Shown one piece after another: positions 1 to 9,712 of a DNA stretch of 32,000 nt. Numbering within the stretch: position 1 is the first letter of the stretch; each line of letters opens with the position of its first letter. The stretch lies in the NCBI RefSeq assembly GCF_000011805.1, contig NC_006840.2. One strand, 5' to 3'. Both the position numbers and the translations under genes were made by a program. Below the pieces are notes generated by a model. The model saw only the letters and a list, made by a program, of their open reading frames with translations. It had not been told where the DNA came from and did no database searches. The stretch comes from Aliivibrio fischeri ES114. Its GTDB lineage: Bacteria > Pseudomonadota > Gammaproteobacteria > Enterobacterales > Vibrionaceae.

Positions 1-686
1 AACGGCAGAGGCTTATTACGCCTAACTAAACAACCGTTTAGCTCATAATGGTTACCTTGAGTGGTTAACTCTAAGTCGCAGAACGTCGATTTTTGTTCTT
101 CTCTGCTCACACTTTTAGCATAGCTAGAAAAAGAAATAGGCTGATGAATAGGCACAAAGACTCGGGTACTTCCATCCTCATGAGTGGTGATTGAAGCTTG
201 AACGCAGTTTTCATCAATACTTAATGCACTTGATGGTGCGCTATAACAGACGCCTAAAATATCCCAAGGCCAGCCCACTGCTCGCTCATATCCAGTAAAG
301 ATACTTCCATCGATCCATAAATCACCTTGTATGGTTTTTAGTTCACTATCATCAAATAGCTCAGAAAGTTGTTTTCGTGATAGAGAAGGATCGCCAGAGA
401 AAGTCAAAACAACATCTTTATCCGCTTTATATAATGTTGTTGTAAAAGTGAATTCGGTCCCTAAAGCTAAACGAGCCGCTAATGCAGTGGCAATTTTTAG
501 GGTGCTTGCTGGTGGCAATAGTTCATCTTGTTTTTGTTGAAACTCTATCTTATTTGATTGTAGATTTTCGACAGTAATAGCGGTTCTGCTACCAGATGGG
601 AGAGATGAAAGTGTCTCTTTGATATCAGCAATACTTGAAAAAGAAATAAGACTGAGTGCGATAAGGGAGTAACGAGAAAAAAACAT
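1..686 (-). CDS. dacB: D-alanyl-D-alanine carboxypeptidase / PBP4, N-terminal part (gene runs off the left edge)
   Basis: Open minus-strand frame from ATG at 686; translates MFFSRYSLIALSLISFSS...LPPASTLKILTALAARL...FDGSIFTGYERAVGWPWDILGVCYSAPSSALSIDENC. The SxxK motif (PASTLKI) and the C-terminal-side sequence match DacB. It is partial, so absent from the ORF track. Confidence 0.9.
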   Translation of the reverse strand, partial: MFFSRYSLIALSLISFSSIADIKETLSSLPSGSRTAITVENLQSNKIEFQQKQDELLPPASTLKIATALAARLALGTEFTFTTTLYKADKDVVLTFSGDPSLSRKQLSELFDDSELKTIQGDLWIDGSIFTGYERAVGWPWDILGVCYSAPSSALSIDENCVQASITTHEDGSTRVFVPIHQPISFSSYAKSVSREEQKSTFCDLELTTQGNHYELNGCLVRRNKPLP

Positions 687-779
687 GATGAGCTCAATTT
701 GAAAATAATGAGGTATCTTAACGTCTGTTGATAATGATGTGTAATGAATTAGAAAAATTTCAGAAGGCGTCACAAATAA

Positions 780-814
780 AAAACGCCCACCGAGGTGAGC
801 GCTTTATTTAAGTA
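780..814 (-). terminator. Rho-independent terminator downstream of the ompU-like porin
   Basis: Minus strand GCGCTCACC-tc-GGTGGGCG followed by TTTTTTATTT; lies just 3' of the porin stop. Confidence 0.7.
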
Positions 815-828
815 AGAGTTAAGACTGA

Positions 829-1797
829 TTAGAAGTCGTAACGCATACCTAGAGCAACTTCGTCTTCTGTCATCGCTTTAGTGATACCTTTTGATGCATC
901 GTCATCAAGAAGGTTCAGGTTGTAAGAGATGTAAGTACGGAAGTTTGCGTTGAAGAAGTAAGTAGCATCAACAGCAAAGTTGTCAGCGTTTTCGTTGTTA
1001 GCAACAGTTAGAGCATTTGTATCGTGGTCAGCGTTGTTGTATGTCGCTGTGAATACAGTTTTACCCATTGTGTAAGCACCAGCTACTTCGAAACCTGTGT
1101 AGTCTAGGTCAACAACTTCACCTGTAGTGAATGTACCAGCGAAGTAGAAGTCGCCCATAGTCATCGAACCAGCAACCATTGCTTCGTTGTCTGTACCTTG
1201 ATCAGCGTAACCAGCACCTAGTTTGAAACCAGAGTCACCGAATGCGTAGATACCAGAAGTAGAGAAGCCGTCGTTGCTTTCTTGGTTAGCTGCTGCATCA
1301 TCAAAACGGTAGTTTGCTTTGAATGCGAAATCGCCAAATTGACCTTTGTAAGCAATTGCGTTGTCTTCACGGTCAGCTACTGCTAGTTTGTATGCCGCAG
1401 AGTTACCGTGGTAAGCCATGATATCAGTGAAGTCAGTGATAACACCTAGAGCACCGTCGTTTTTACCGTAAGTTACTTCACCGAAGTTACCACCGATACC
1501 TGCGTATGTGTAACGGTTTTCAAGGTTGCCGTTTGGATTTACAGCATCGTTAGTTGTAAATTCACCTTCCCAGAAACCTACACCGTATAGGCCGTCAGAA
1601 ATTTGAGTTGTACCTTTAAAGTTTAGACGGATACGAGTGTTATCTGCAGCGTCACCATCTTTCATAGCTAGACGTGCTTCAGCACGGCCGCCCATTTCGA
1701 TAGATTGTGCTTCGTCTTTATAAAGTTCTGCTGCGTTTACTGCACCAGCTGAAGTAATTGCTGCTACTGCTAGAGCTAATACTTTTTTGTTCATCAT
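829..1797 (-). CDS. ompU: OmpU-like outer membrane porin with signal peptide
   Basis: MNKKVLALAVAAITSAGAVNAAELYKDEAQSIEMGGRAEARL...: signal peptide, Gram-negative porin N-terminus, terminal Phe (LGMRYDF). Translation may start at the second Met. Confidence 0.9.
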   Translation of the reverse strand: MMNKKVLALAVAAITSAGAVNAAELYKDEAQSIEMGGRAEARLAMKDGDAADNTRIRLNFKGTTQISDGLYGVGFWEGEFTTNDAVNPNGNLENRYTYAGIGGNFGEVTYGKNDGALGVITDFTDIMAYHGNSAAYKLAVADREDNAIAYKGQFGDFAFKANYRFDDAAANQESNDGFSTSGIYAFGDSGFKLGAGYADQGTDNEAMVAGSMTMGDFYFAGTFTTGEVVDLDYTGFEVAGAYTMGKTVFTATYNNADHDTNALTVANNENADNFAVDATYFFNANFRTYISYNLNLLDDDASKGITKAMTEDEVALGMRYDF

Positions 1798-2383
1798 TAT
1801 TCTAATTCCTATAAGGGTGGAGGAGATTAATTTCCATTTTAAATGAAACGAACTGTTTATTGCTTCTTATGTCTAAGAGTTTCTAATCAGTTACCTTCAC
1901 TGTTTCAATAAGACTATTTTCATGGGTAAAGGCACAAAAAGGTTAGTAAAACAATCTAAAAAGTGCAATTGAACAGCGTTTTTTATTATTTTTGTGTGAT
2001 GTTGATCGTTATTTTTCAGTTGGTTACGCAAATTGGAGAAAGTTTGTCTGATTTTTTCGATAAATGTAAATTTATGTTTTTTTGATTTTTGTTTTGGATC
2101 TTTATGTGAGCATCTTCTCATTTTATTTAAATTTACATGGTTTAAATTATTGATATTTAATATTTGAGACGGACTTCTTAATTTGCGTACTCGTCATTTT
2201 TGAAAACAATTCGCAGAAACAAACAATAGATAGGTGATAAAAAAACTTTCTTTGTTTAAACTAGAAGAAATTAATATTTAACAGAAACACTTAAGGTCTA
2301 CGCTCAATAGTCTGTTTATTGAGAGCCTTTGGTGAGATTTTTATTTGCTGAATTTCTGATTTCAGCTCTAGAGGTATATAAAT

Positions 2384-2857
2384 ATGGATAAGGTACCAAT
2401 GACGGTACGTGGCGAAAAGCTACTGCGTGATGAATTAGAAGTATTATTAAAGCGTCGTCCTTTGATTTCAAAAGCGATCGGTGAAGCTCGTGAGCTAGGT
2501 GATTTAAAAGAAAATGCTGAATATCACGCAGCACGTGAAGAGCAAGGTATTTGTGAAGCACAGATTCGTGATATTGAATATAAGTTATCTGTAGCTCAGG
2601 TTATTGATGTAACTAAAATGACCAACACTGGTAAAGTTATTTTTGGTACAACAGTGACTTTAATTGATGTGAATACAGACGAAGAAGTGAAATACCAAAT
2701 CGTTGCTGATGATGAAGCGAACATTAAAGAAGGTCGAATTTCTGTAAATTCACCGATTGCTCGTGGTTTGATTGGTAAAATGGAAGGGGATGAAGTAAAT
2801 ATTCAAACTCCTGGCGGTACGAAAGAGTTCGAGATTGACGCTGTAGATTACATTTAA
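2384..2857 (+). CDS. greA: Transcription elongation factor GreA
   Basis: [22 protein letters not shown]...[32 protein letters not shown]...[12 protein letters not shown] matches GreA. Confidence 0.95.
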   Translation: MDKVPMTVRGEKLLRDELEVLLKRRPLISKAIGEARELGDLKENAEYHAAREEQGICEAQIRDIEYKLSVAQVIDVTKMTNTGKVIFGTTVTLIDVNTDEEVKYQIVADDEANIKEGRISVNSPIARGLIGKMEGDEVNIQTPGGTKEFEIDAVDYI

Positions 2858-2880
2858 TATTTATTACTTGTATGAAACAC

Positions 2881-2930
2881 AAAGGCCGCATAGTTAGCTC
2901 TACTTTAAAGATAACTAATACGGCCTTTTT
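2881..2930. terminator. Bidirectional terminator between convergent greA and yhbY
   Basis: AAAGGCCG...CGGCCTTTTT inverted repeat with internal TAGTTA/TAACTA pairing. Confidence 0.75.
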
Positions 2931-2956
2931 AATTTCTTTAGACTAAATGAAAGAAA

Positions 2957-3253
2957 TTATTTTCTAGGAATTTCGATTTTACGATCTTCGCTAGGACGGT
3001 ATAAAACAAGTGTTTTACCGATAACTTGAACTTTTTCAGCTTCTGTTTCACGGATAATTGCTTCAACAATCAGTTGTTTAGTATCACGGTCTTCAGAAGC
3101 GACTTTAACTTTAATTAACTCGTGATGATTAAGTGCAATTTCAATCTCAGCTACTACAGCTTCTGTTAGACCATTTGCACCCATCAATACAACGGGTTTT
3201 AGGTTGTGAGCAAGACCTTTAAGGTATTGCTTCTGTTTTGTGCTTAGGTTCAT
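2957..3253 (-). CDS. yhbY: CRM-domain ribosome assembly RNA-binding protein YhbY
   Basis: MNLSTKQKQYLKGLAHNLKPVVLMGANGLTEAVVAEIEIALNHHELIKVKV... is a YhbY/CRM domain. Confidence 0.93.
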   Translation of the reverse strand: MNLSTKQKQYLKGLAHNLKPVVLMGANGLTEAVVAEIEIALNHHELIKVKVASEDRDTKQLIVEAIIRETEAEKVQVIGKTLVLYRPSEDRKIEIPRK

Positions 3254-3371
3254 ATATACCCGATTTTTTCTATATTAAGGGTTGAAAACAGCCTATTCTA
3301 ACGCCATCTAAGCAGGAAGACTATTTTTTGTTGCAGTCTTCTAATTTTAATTAAGTATTTTTAGGTAATGC

Positions 3372-4001
3372 ATGAGTAAGAATAAAGTTTCAGCGAGCTC
3401 TGGTCGCTGGTTAAAAGAACATTTTGATGATAAATACGTTCTTGAGGCTCAAAAAAGGGGTTATCGCTCTCGTGCTATTTTTAAAATTGAAGAAATTCAA
3501 AATAAAGACAAGCTTTTAAAACCAGGAATGACAGTCGTTGACCTTGGTGCTGCACCTGGTGGCTGGTCACAATATGCGGTTGAGCAAGTTGGTGATGAAG
3601 GACAAGTTATTGCTTGTGATATCTTGCCAATGGACTCTATTGCTGGTGTAAGTTTTTTACAGGGGGACTTTAGGGAAGAAGCAGTATTGGATGCATTATT
3701 AGAGAGAATTCAACCTGATATGGTTGATGTTGTAATGTCTGATATGGCGCCAAATATGAGTGGTAACTTAGCGGTAGATCAGCCTCGTGCGATGTACTTA
3801 GTTGAGTTAGCTTTGGATATGTGTCGTCAAGTTCTTGCGCCAAATGGCAGCTTTACTGTGAAAGTATTCCAAGGTGAAGGCTTTGATCAGTACTTGCAAG
3901 AAGTGCGTAATATGTTCAAAGTAGTAAAAATCAGAAAGCCTGATTCATCACGTGCTCGTTCACGTGAAGTATATATTGTAGCGACTGGTTACAAAGGATA
4001 A
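3372..4001 (+). CDS. rlmE: 23S rRNA (uridine2552-2'-O)-methyltransferase RlmE (FtsJ/RrmJ)
   Basis: [12 protein letters not shown]...[20 protein letters not shown]...[12 protein letters not shown]; matches the RlmE SAM-binding motifs. Confidence 0.95.
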   Translation: MSKNKVSASSGRWLKEHFDDKYVLEAQKRGYRSRAIFKIEEIQNKDKLLKPGMTVVDLGAAPGGWSQYAVEQVGDEGQVIACDILPMDSIAGVSFLQGDFREEAVLDALLERIQPDMVDVVMSDMAPNMSGNLAVDQPRAMYLVELALDMCRQVLAPNGSFTVKVFQGEGFDQYLQEVRNMFKVVKIRKPDSSRARSREVYIVATGYKG

Positions 4002-4086
4002 GTTTTACGTAGTAGATACAGAATATAAACTGTAGTACTCTGTCTTTCATCTATTTAGTTAACGCGGGGTTAACACCTTGAGTGAC

Positions 4087-6060
4087 ATGGCAAAAAATCT
4101 AATATTATGGCTGGTTATCGCTGTTGTTTTAATGTCGGTATTCCAGAGTTTTGGACCAGGTGATAGCTCTGGTCGTTCAATTGACTATACGACTTTTGTT
4201 AAAGAAGTAGGTAATAGTCAAGTACAAGAAGCAACCTTTAATAATCGTGAGATTAAGGTAATGAAACGTGACGGCACTCGTTACGTCACATATATGCCAG
4301 TATTCCAAGATCCTAAGTTGCTTGATGACCTAATTAACCAAAATGTAATCGTTAAAGGTACACCACCAGAAGAGCAGAGCTTACTTGAGTCTATCTTCAT
4401 CTCGTGGTTCCCAATGATTCTTCTTATTGGTGTTTGGATCTTCTTCATGCGTCAGATGCAAGGTGGCGGTGGCAAAGGAGCTATGTCCTTTGGCAAGAGT
4501 AAAGCCAAGATGATGACTGAAGAGCAAATCAAAACAACATTTGATGATGTTGCTGGCTGTGATGAAGCAAAAGAAGATGTAAAAGAGTTAGTTGATTACT
4601 TGCGCGAACCAAGCCGTTTCCAAAAACTGGGTGGTAAAATTCCAACAGGTGTTCTACTAGTTGGTCCTCCTGGTACAGGTAAAACGCTGATTGCAAAAGC
4701 GATTGCTGGTGAAGCAAAGGTACCTTTCTTCTCAATTTCTGGTTCTGATTTTGTTGAGATGTTTGTGGGTGTTGGTGCATCACGTGTTCGTGATATGTTT
4801 GAACAAGCGAAAAAATCATCACCTTGTATTATCTTCATTGATGAAATCGATGCTGTAGGTCGCCAACGTGGTGCGGGTGTTGGTGGTGGTAATGATGAGC
4901 GTGAGCAAACATTGAACCAAATGCTAGTTGAAATGGATGGCTTTGAAGGTAACGAAGGCATCATTGTTATTGCTGCGACTAACCGTCCAGATGTACTTGA
5001 TGCAGCATTACTACGTCCAGGTCGTTTCGACCGTCAAGTTGTTGTTGGTCTACCTGATATCCGTGGTCGTGAGCAGATCCTTCAAGTTCATATGCGTAAA
5101 GTACCATTAGGTGCTGGCGTAGAACCATCGTTGATTGCTCGTGGTACTCCTGGCTTCTCTGGTGCAGATCTAGCTAACTTAGTAAACGAAGCTGCTTTGT
5201 TTGCGGCGCGCGGCAATAAGCGTGTTGTTTCAATGGTTGAGTTTGAATTAGCGAAAGATAAAATCATGATGGGCGCAGAGCGTAAATCAATGGTTATGTC
5301 TGAAGAAACTAAAGAATCAACAGCATATCATGAAGCAGGTCATGCGATTGTTGGTCGTTTAGTTCCTGAACATGATCCAGTATACAAAGTATCTATCATT
5401 CCACGTGGTCGAGCGTTGGGTGTAACTATGTATCTACCAGAACAAGATCGTATCAGCATGAACCGTCAACATTTAGAATCGATGATTTCGAGTCTATATG
5501 GTGGTCGTTTAGCTGAGGAATTGATTTACGGTGTTGATAAGGTATCAACTGGTGCATCGAACGATATTGAACGCGCAACAGATATTGCTCGTAAAATGGT
5601 AACGCAATGGGGCTTCTCTGATGCTCTAGGCCCTCTACTTTATGCAGAAGATCAAGGCGACCCGTTCTCTGGTCACGGTGGTTCTCATCAACCTAAGCAT
5701 GTTTCTCCAGAAACACTGCAATTAATTGATGCTGAGATCCGTACTATCATTGATCGTAACTATGCTCGTGCAAGACAGATCCTTGAAGATAATATGGATA
5801 TCATGCATGCGATGAAAGATGCGTTGATGAAGTTTGAAACCATTGATGCAGGTCAGATTGATGATCTCATGGATCGTAAAGCTGATATTCGTGAGCCACA
5901 AGGTTGGGGTGATAATAACCCACAGCCTCAAGCGAAGACTGAAGCACCAGTAGAAAAAGAAGAAACAGAATCAAAAGCAGAAGAGAAGGTTGAAGAAACA
6001 AAAGAACAACCAACTTCAACTGATGAAACAAAAAACGATTCTGAATCATCTGAAAAGTAA
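4087..6060 (+). CDS. ftsH: ATP-dependent zinc metalloprotease FtsH
   Basis: [24 protein letters not shown]; Walker A GPPGTGKT, Walker [17 protein letters not shown] zinc motif. The track's ORF begins at an upstream TTG (4078); ATG 4087 matches the conserved start. Confidence 0.97.
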   Translation: MAKNLILWLVIAVVLMSVFQSFGPGDSSGRSIDYTTFVKEVGNSQVQEATFNNREIKVMKRDGTRYVTYMPVFQDPKLLDDLINQNVIVKGTPPEEQSLLESIFISWFPMILLIGVWIFFMRQMQGGGGKGAMSFGKSKAKMMTEEQIKTTFDDVAGCDEAKEDVKELVDYLREPSRFQKLGGKIPTGVLLVGPPGTGKTLIAKAIAGEAKVPFFSISGSDFVEMFVGVGASRVRDMFEQAKKSSPCIIFIDEIDAVGRQRGAGVGGGNDEREQTLNQMLVEMDGFEGNEGIIVIAATNRPDVLDAALLRPGRFDRQVVVGLPDIRGREQILQVHMRKVPLGAGVEPSLIARGTPGFSGADLANLVNEAALFAARGNKRVVSMVEFELAKDKIMMGAERKSMVMSEETKESTAYHEAGHAIVGRLVPEHDPVYKVSIIPRGRALGVTMYLPEQDRISMNRQHLESMISSLYGGRLAEELIYGVDKVSTGASNDIERATDIARKMVTQWGFSDALGPLLYAEDQGDPFSGHGGSHQPKHVSPETLQLIDAEIRTIIDRNYARARQILEDNMDIMHAMKDALMKFETIDAGQIDDLMDRKADIREPQGWGDNNPQPQAKTEAPVEKEETESKAEEKVEETKEQPTSTDETKNDSESSEK

Positions 6061-6078
6061 GATGAAATAAGATAAATG

Positions 6079-6106
6079 AAACCCCGAGTTATGCTCGGGG
6101 TTTTTG
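6079..6106 (+). terminator. Rho-independent terminator after ftsH
   Basis: AACCCCGAG-ttatg-CTCGGGGTTTTT. Confidence 0.85.
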
Positions 6107-6128
6107 TATTTATTAAAGGTGTAGAGTA

Positions 6129-6965
6129 ATGAAACTAATAAGTAAAAATAAATCCCTTTTATTAGATCGCTCTCATGTCATGGGAATACTTAACGTAACA
6201 CCTGACTCTTTTTCTGACGGTGGCCAGTTTACCCATTTAGATGCGGCGCTTAAGCAAGCCGAAAAAATGGTTAAAGCTGGAGTAAGTTTTATTGATATTG
6301 GTGGCGAGTCAACGCGACCTGGAGCCCCTGAAGTATCATTACAAGAAGAGCTAGATAGAGTATTACCAATCATCGAAGCCATCCATCAACGTTTTGATAC
6401 TTGGATATCTATTGATACAAGTAAAGCTGTTGTTATGGAAGAGGCAGTAAAAGTTGGTGCTGATTTAATTAATGATGTGAGAGCACTACAAGAGCCAAAT
6501 GCTTTGAAAGTCGCAGCAGAAGCGAATGTTCCTGTTTGTTTGATGCATATGCAAGGGCAACCTCGAACTATGCAAACTAATCCTTCTTATCAAGACTTAT
6601 TTACCGACATCTCGAGCTTTTTAAGTGAAAGAATCGATGCATGCCAATCGGTTGGTATCGCAAAAGATAAGTTAATTCTCGATCCTGGATTTGGTTTTGG
6701 TAAAACCTTGGCGCATAATTACCAGCTTCTTGCTGAGCTAGAGCGTTTTCATCAATTCGGTTTACCGCTTCTCGCTGGAATGTCGAGAAAATCGATGGTT
6801 TTTAAGTTACTAGATGTAGAGCCGAAAATGGCACTATCTGGTAGCTTGGCTTGTGCAACGATTGCAGCCATGAAAGGGGCGCAAATTATTCGTGTTCATG
6901 ATTTTGAACAAACGATGGATATCGTAAAGGTTTGCCAAGCAACTTTAGAGCAATCTCCTCATTAA
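6129..6965 (+). CDS. folP: Dihydropteroate synthase
   Basis: VMGILNVTPDSFSDGG, DIGGESTRPGA, LDPGFGFGKTLAHN, GMSRKS motifs. Confidence 0.96.
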   Translation: MKLISKNKSLLLDRSHVMGILNVTPDSFSDGGQFTHLDAALKQAEKMVKAGVSFIDIGGESTRPGAPEVSLQEELDRVLPIIEAIHQRFDTWISIDTSKAVVMEEAVKVGADLINDVRALQEPNALKVAAEANVPVCLMHMQGQPRTMQTNPSYQDLFTDISSFLSERIDACQSVGIAKDKLILDPGFGFGKTLAHNYQLLAELERFHQFGLPLLAGMSRKSMVFKLLDVEPKMALSGSLACATIAAMKGAQIIRVHDFEQTMDIVKVCQATLEQSPH

Positions 6966-7013
6966 AGAGTTGTTCAATTTAAATAAATTATTAAAAAAAA
7001 CATGGAGTACAAC

Positions 7014-8351
7014 ATGGCTGAACGTAAATATTTCGGAACTGATGGCGTTCGAGGATTAGTAGGGCAAGCACCTATCACACCTGATTTTGTTATGAAGCTT
7101 GGCTGGGCGGCAGGACAAGTTTTAGCTAAGCAAGGTACAAAAAAAGTCATTATTGGTAAAGATACGCGTATTTCTGGTTATATGCTTGAATCAGCATTAG
7201 AAGCAGGTTTAGCAGCTGCTGGATTACAAGCTAAATTTACGGGTCCGATGCCAACTCCTGCTGTGGCTTACCTTACTCAGACATTTCGTGCAGAAGCAGG
7301 TATTGTGATTTCAGCTTCTCATAATCCATACTACGATAATGGCATTAAATTCTTCTCATCAGAAGGGACAAAACTTCCGGATGACGTTGAAATGGCGATT
7401 GAAGCAGAGCTTGATAAGCCAATGACATGTGTTGAATCTGCTTTACTTGGTAAAGCCTCTCGTCTTAATGATGCTGCAGGTCGTTACATTGAATTCTGTA
7501 AAAGTACCTTCCCTAAAGAATTAAGTCTTGCTGGTTTAAAAATCGTTATCGATTGTGCAAATGGTGCAACGTATCATATTGCTCCTAATGTATTTAAAGA
7601 GCTAGGTGCAGAGATCATCACAATCGGTTGTGAGCCAAACGGAACCAATATTAACCATGAAGTAGGAGCTACTGATGTTCGAGCTCTTCAAGCAAAAGTT
7701 GTTGAAGAAAAAGCCGATTTTGGTGTTGCATTTGATGGTGACGGTGACCGTATCATCATGGTGGATGAATTCGGCGAAAAAGTAGATGGCGACCAGATTG
7801 CGTACATCATTGCTCGTGACGCACTGCGTCGTGGTGAGTTAAAAGGTGGTGTGGTTGGTACATTGATGACGAATATGGGGATGGAGGTTGCTTTACGTAA
7901 TCTTGGAATTCCATTTGTTCGTTCAGATGTTGGTGACCGCTATGTGATGGAAAAACTTCTAGAAAACAACTGGTTAATTGGTGCGGAGAATTCAGGTCAC
8001 GTTATTCTTTTAGATAAAGTAACGACGGGCGATGCTATTGTTGCAGCGCTTCAAGTTATTGCGTCGATTGTAGGCAGTAAAATGTCATTAAAAGAATTAT
8101 GTGATGGCATGACAATGTTCCCACAAATCTTAGTTAACGTTCGATTTGCTGGTGAGAATGATCCTCTTGAATCAGATGCAGTAAAAGCAGCTCAAGCTGA
8201 TGTGGAAGCTAAATTAGGTGATAATGGTCGTGTATTATTGCGTAAGTCAGGTACAGAGCCTTTAATTCGCGTTATGGTTGAAGGTGAAGATGCGGAATTA
8301 GTGACACAATATGCGCAACAAATTGCGGATGCGGTGAAAGAAAGCTGCTAA
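7014..8351 (+). CDS. glmM: Phosphoglucosamine mutase
   Basis: [14 protein letters not shown], active-site [31 protein letters not shown] opens at ATG 7002 but GGAG spacing and the family N-terminus favour ATG 7014. Confidence 0.95.
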   Translation: MAERKYFGTDGVRGLVGQAPITPDFVMKLGWAAGQVLAKQGTKKVIIGKDTRISGYMLESALEAGLAAAGLQAKFTGPMPTPAVAYLTQTFRAEAGIVISASHNPYYDNGIKFFSSEGTKLPDDVEMAIEAELDKPMTCVESALLGKASRLNDAAGRYIEFCKSTFPKELSLAGLKIVIDCANGATYHIAPNVFKELGAEIITIGCEPNGTNINHEVGATDVRALQAKVVEEKADFGVAFDGDGDRIIMVDEFGEKVDGDQIAYIIARDALRRGELKGGVVGTLMTNMGMEVALRNLGIPFVRSDVGDRYVMEKLLENNWLIGAENSGHVILLDKVTTGDAIVAALQVIASIVGSKMSLKELCDGMTMFPQILVNVRFAGENDPLESDAVKAAQADVEAKLGDNGRVLLRKSGTEPLIRVMVEGEDAELVTQYAQQIADAVKESC

Positions 8352-8502
8352 TTTGAGCAATTAAATGAAATTGAACGTTTTTTGTTAATTTTAACTTGTC
8401 ATAGTAGCCTAGTTTGGTTAATATCCTTCGGCCTCTTAATTGAGAGGGCGCTGGTGTTGCCAATAGGCTACCGGTACATTAATTAGATACATGGGTGACG
8501 GA

Positions 8503-8835
8503 ATGCATACGATTCTACTTGTGATTTATCTGATTGCCGCAGTCGGTGTAATTGGCCTAGTATTGGTACAACACGGTAAAGGCGCAGATATGGGAGCTTC
8601 ATTTGGGGCTGGAGCATCAAATACTGTATTTGGCTCTAGTGGCTCTGGAAACTTTTTAACCCGAATGACTGCAATTTGTGCAACAGTATTTTTTGTTATC
8701 AGTTTGGCGCTAGGCAATATGTCTACGCATAAATCTGAAGGTTTTGATCTTAAATTAGATCAACAAGCGACAGAGCAAGTAACTGACAACGCGAGCGACG
8801 TTCCTGCTACTGAAGACAGCGACGTTCCTCTTTAA
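8503..8835 (+). CDS. secG: Preprotein translocase subunit SecG
   Basis: MHTILLVIYLIAAVGVIGLVLVQHGKGADMGASFGAGASNTVFGSSGSGNFLTRMTA; SecG motifs. The ORF can extend to ATG 8491. Confidence 0.93.
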   Translation: MHTILLVIYLIAAVGVIGLVLVQHGKGADMGASFGAGASNTVFGSSGSGNFLTRMTAICATVFFVISLALGNMSTHKSEGFDLKLDQQATEQVTDNASDVPATEDSDVPL

Positions 8836-8844
8836 AAGAATTTA

Positions 8845-8929
8845 GCCGAGATGGTGAAATTGGTAGACACGCTAGCATGAGGTGCTAGTGCCTTATGGTG
8901 TGAGGGTTCAAGTCCCTCTCTCGGCACCA
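8845..8929 (+). tRNA. tRNA-Leu, anticodon GAG, CCA encoded
   Basis: Acceptor GCCGAGA/TCTCGGC, anticodon loop aTGAGGt flanked by CTAGC/GCTAG, T arm GAGGGTTCAAGTCCCTC, discriminator A then CCA. Confidence 0.95.
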
Positions 8930-8951
8930 TATTCAGACGAGAATCTGATTC

Positions 8952-8980
8952 TTGTAATAAAAGCATAAAGAAACTATAAT
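8952..8980 (+). promoter_or_regulatory. Candidate sigma70 promoter for the initiator tRNA gene
   Basis: TTGTAA (8952-8957) - 17 bp - TATAAT (8975-8980), 19 bp upstream of mature tRNA position 1. Confidence 0.6.
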
Positions 8981-8998
8981 TTCTTTGTTCTTTTCGGA

Positions 8999-9075
<77 letters not shown>

Positions 9076-9147
9076 ATTACTTAAATAAGAGTTATTGCTA
9101 TTATTTAAGTAAGTCACGCAAGTGGCATTCAGGGTCCAGCAGTATTA

Positions 9148-9171
9148 AACCCCGCAATTACGGGGTTTTTT
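9148..9171 (+). terminator. Terminator-like hairpin 1 in the metY-rimP leader
   Basis: AACCCCG-caatta-CGGGGTTTTTT. Confidence 0.85.
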
Positions 9172-9202
9172 GCTATCTGAAACAGACTGTTTTTTAAGAA
9201 TT

Positions 9203-9223
9203 GGGCCTTGAGCCCTTTTTTTG
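9203..9223 (+). terminator. Terminator-like hairpin 2 immediately upstream of rimP
   Basis: GGGC-cttga-GCCC followed by TTTTTTT. Confidence 0.75.
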
Positions 9224-9239
9224 TTTTCAGGGGATATCA

Positions 9240-9695
9240 ATGACAGGATTAGAAAGACAACTAACAGAAATGCTTGAGGCTCCTGTTGGTGCTTTAGGTT
9301 ATGAATTGGTTGGTTTAGAATTCGTACGTGCGGGTGAACACTCAACACTACGTGTATTCATCGACCATGAAAATGGCATCTTTGTGGAAGACTGTGCAGA
9401 AGCCAGTCGTCAAATCAGTGCAGTAATGGATGTAGAAGATCCAATTACGGTTGCATATAACCTAGAGGTTTCGTCTCCAGGTCTTGAACGTCCACTGTTT
9501 AAAGCAGCACATTATCAACAATTTGTTGGTCACGAGGTCAGCCTTGTATTAAAGATGCCGATGAATAACCGTCGTAAATGGAAAGGTGACATCCTTGAAA
9601 TTAACGGTGAGATTGTTACGGTTACAGTTGATGGTAACAATGAAGAATTTGCGTTAAGCAACATTTCAAAGGCGAACTTGGTTCCTAAATTTTAA
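9240..9695 (+). CDS. rimP: Ribosome maturation factor RimP
   Basis: [42 protein letters not shown]...[13 protein letters not shown]; RimP family. Upstream part of the ORF (9201-9239) overlaps the terminator and is rejected as coding. Confidence 0.94.
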   Translation: MTGLERQLTEMLEAPVGALGYELVGLEFVRAGEHSTLRVFIDHENGIFVEDCAEASRQISAVMDVEDPITVAYNLEVSSPGLERPLFKAAHYQQFVGHEVSLVLKMPMNNRRKWKGDILEINGEIVTVTVDGNNEEFALSNISKANLVPKF

Positions 9696-9712
9696 GGCTT
9701 GAAGAGGCTAAA

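Noticed and set aside
1897-2561. Small minus-strand ORFs between ompU and greA and overlapping greA (74 and 81 aa)
   Set aside because: AT-rich intergenic or antisense sequence, no recognisable protein character; a real small ORF cannot be excluded but there is no positive evidence.
4529-5110. Several short ORFs overlapping ftsH on both strands
   Set aside because: Shadow frames of the conserved AAA+ domain, no independent support.
9201-9239. N-terminal extension of RimP ORF
   Set aside because: Overlaps the second terminator hairpin; family N-terminus and start codon fit at 9240.
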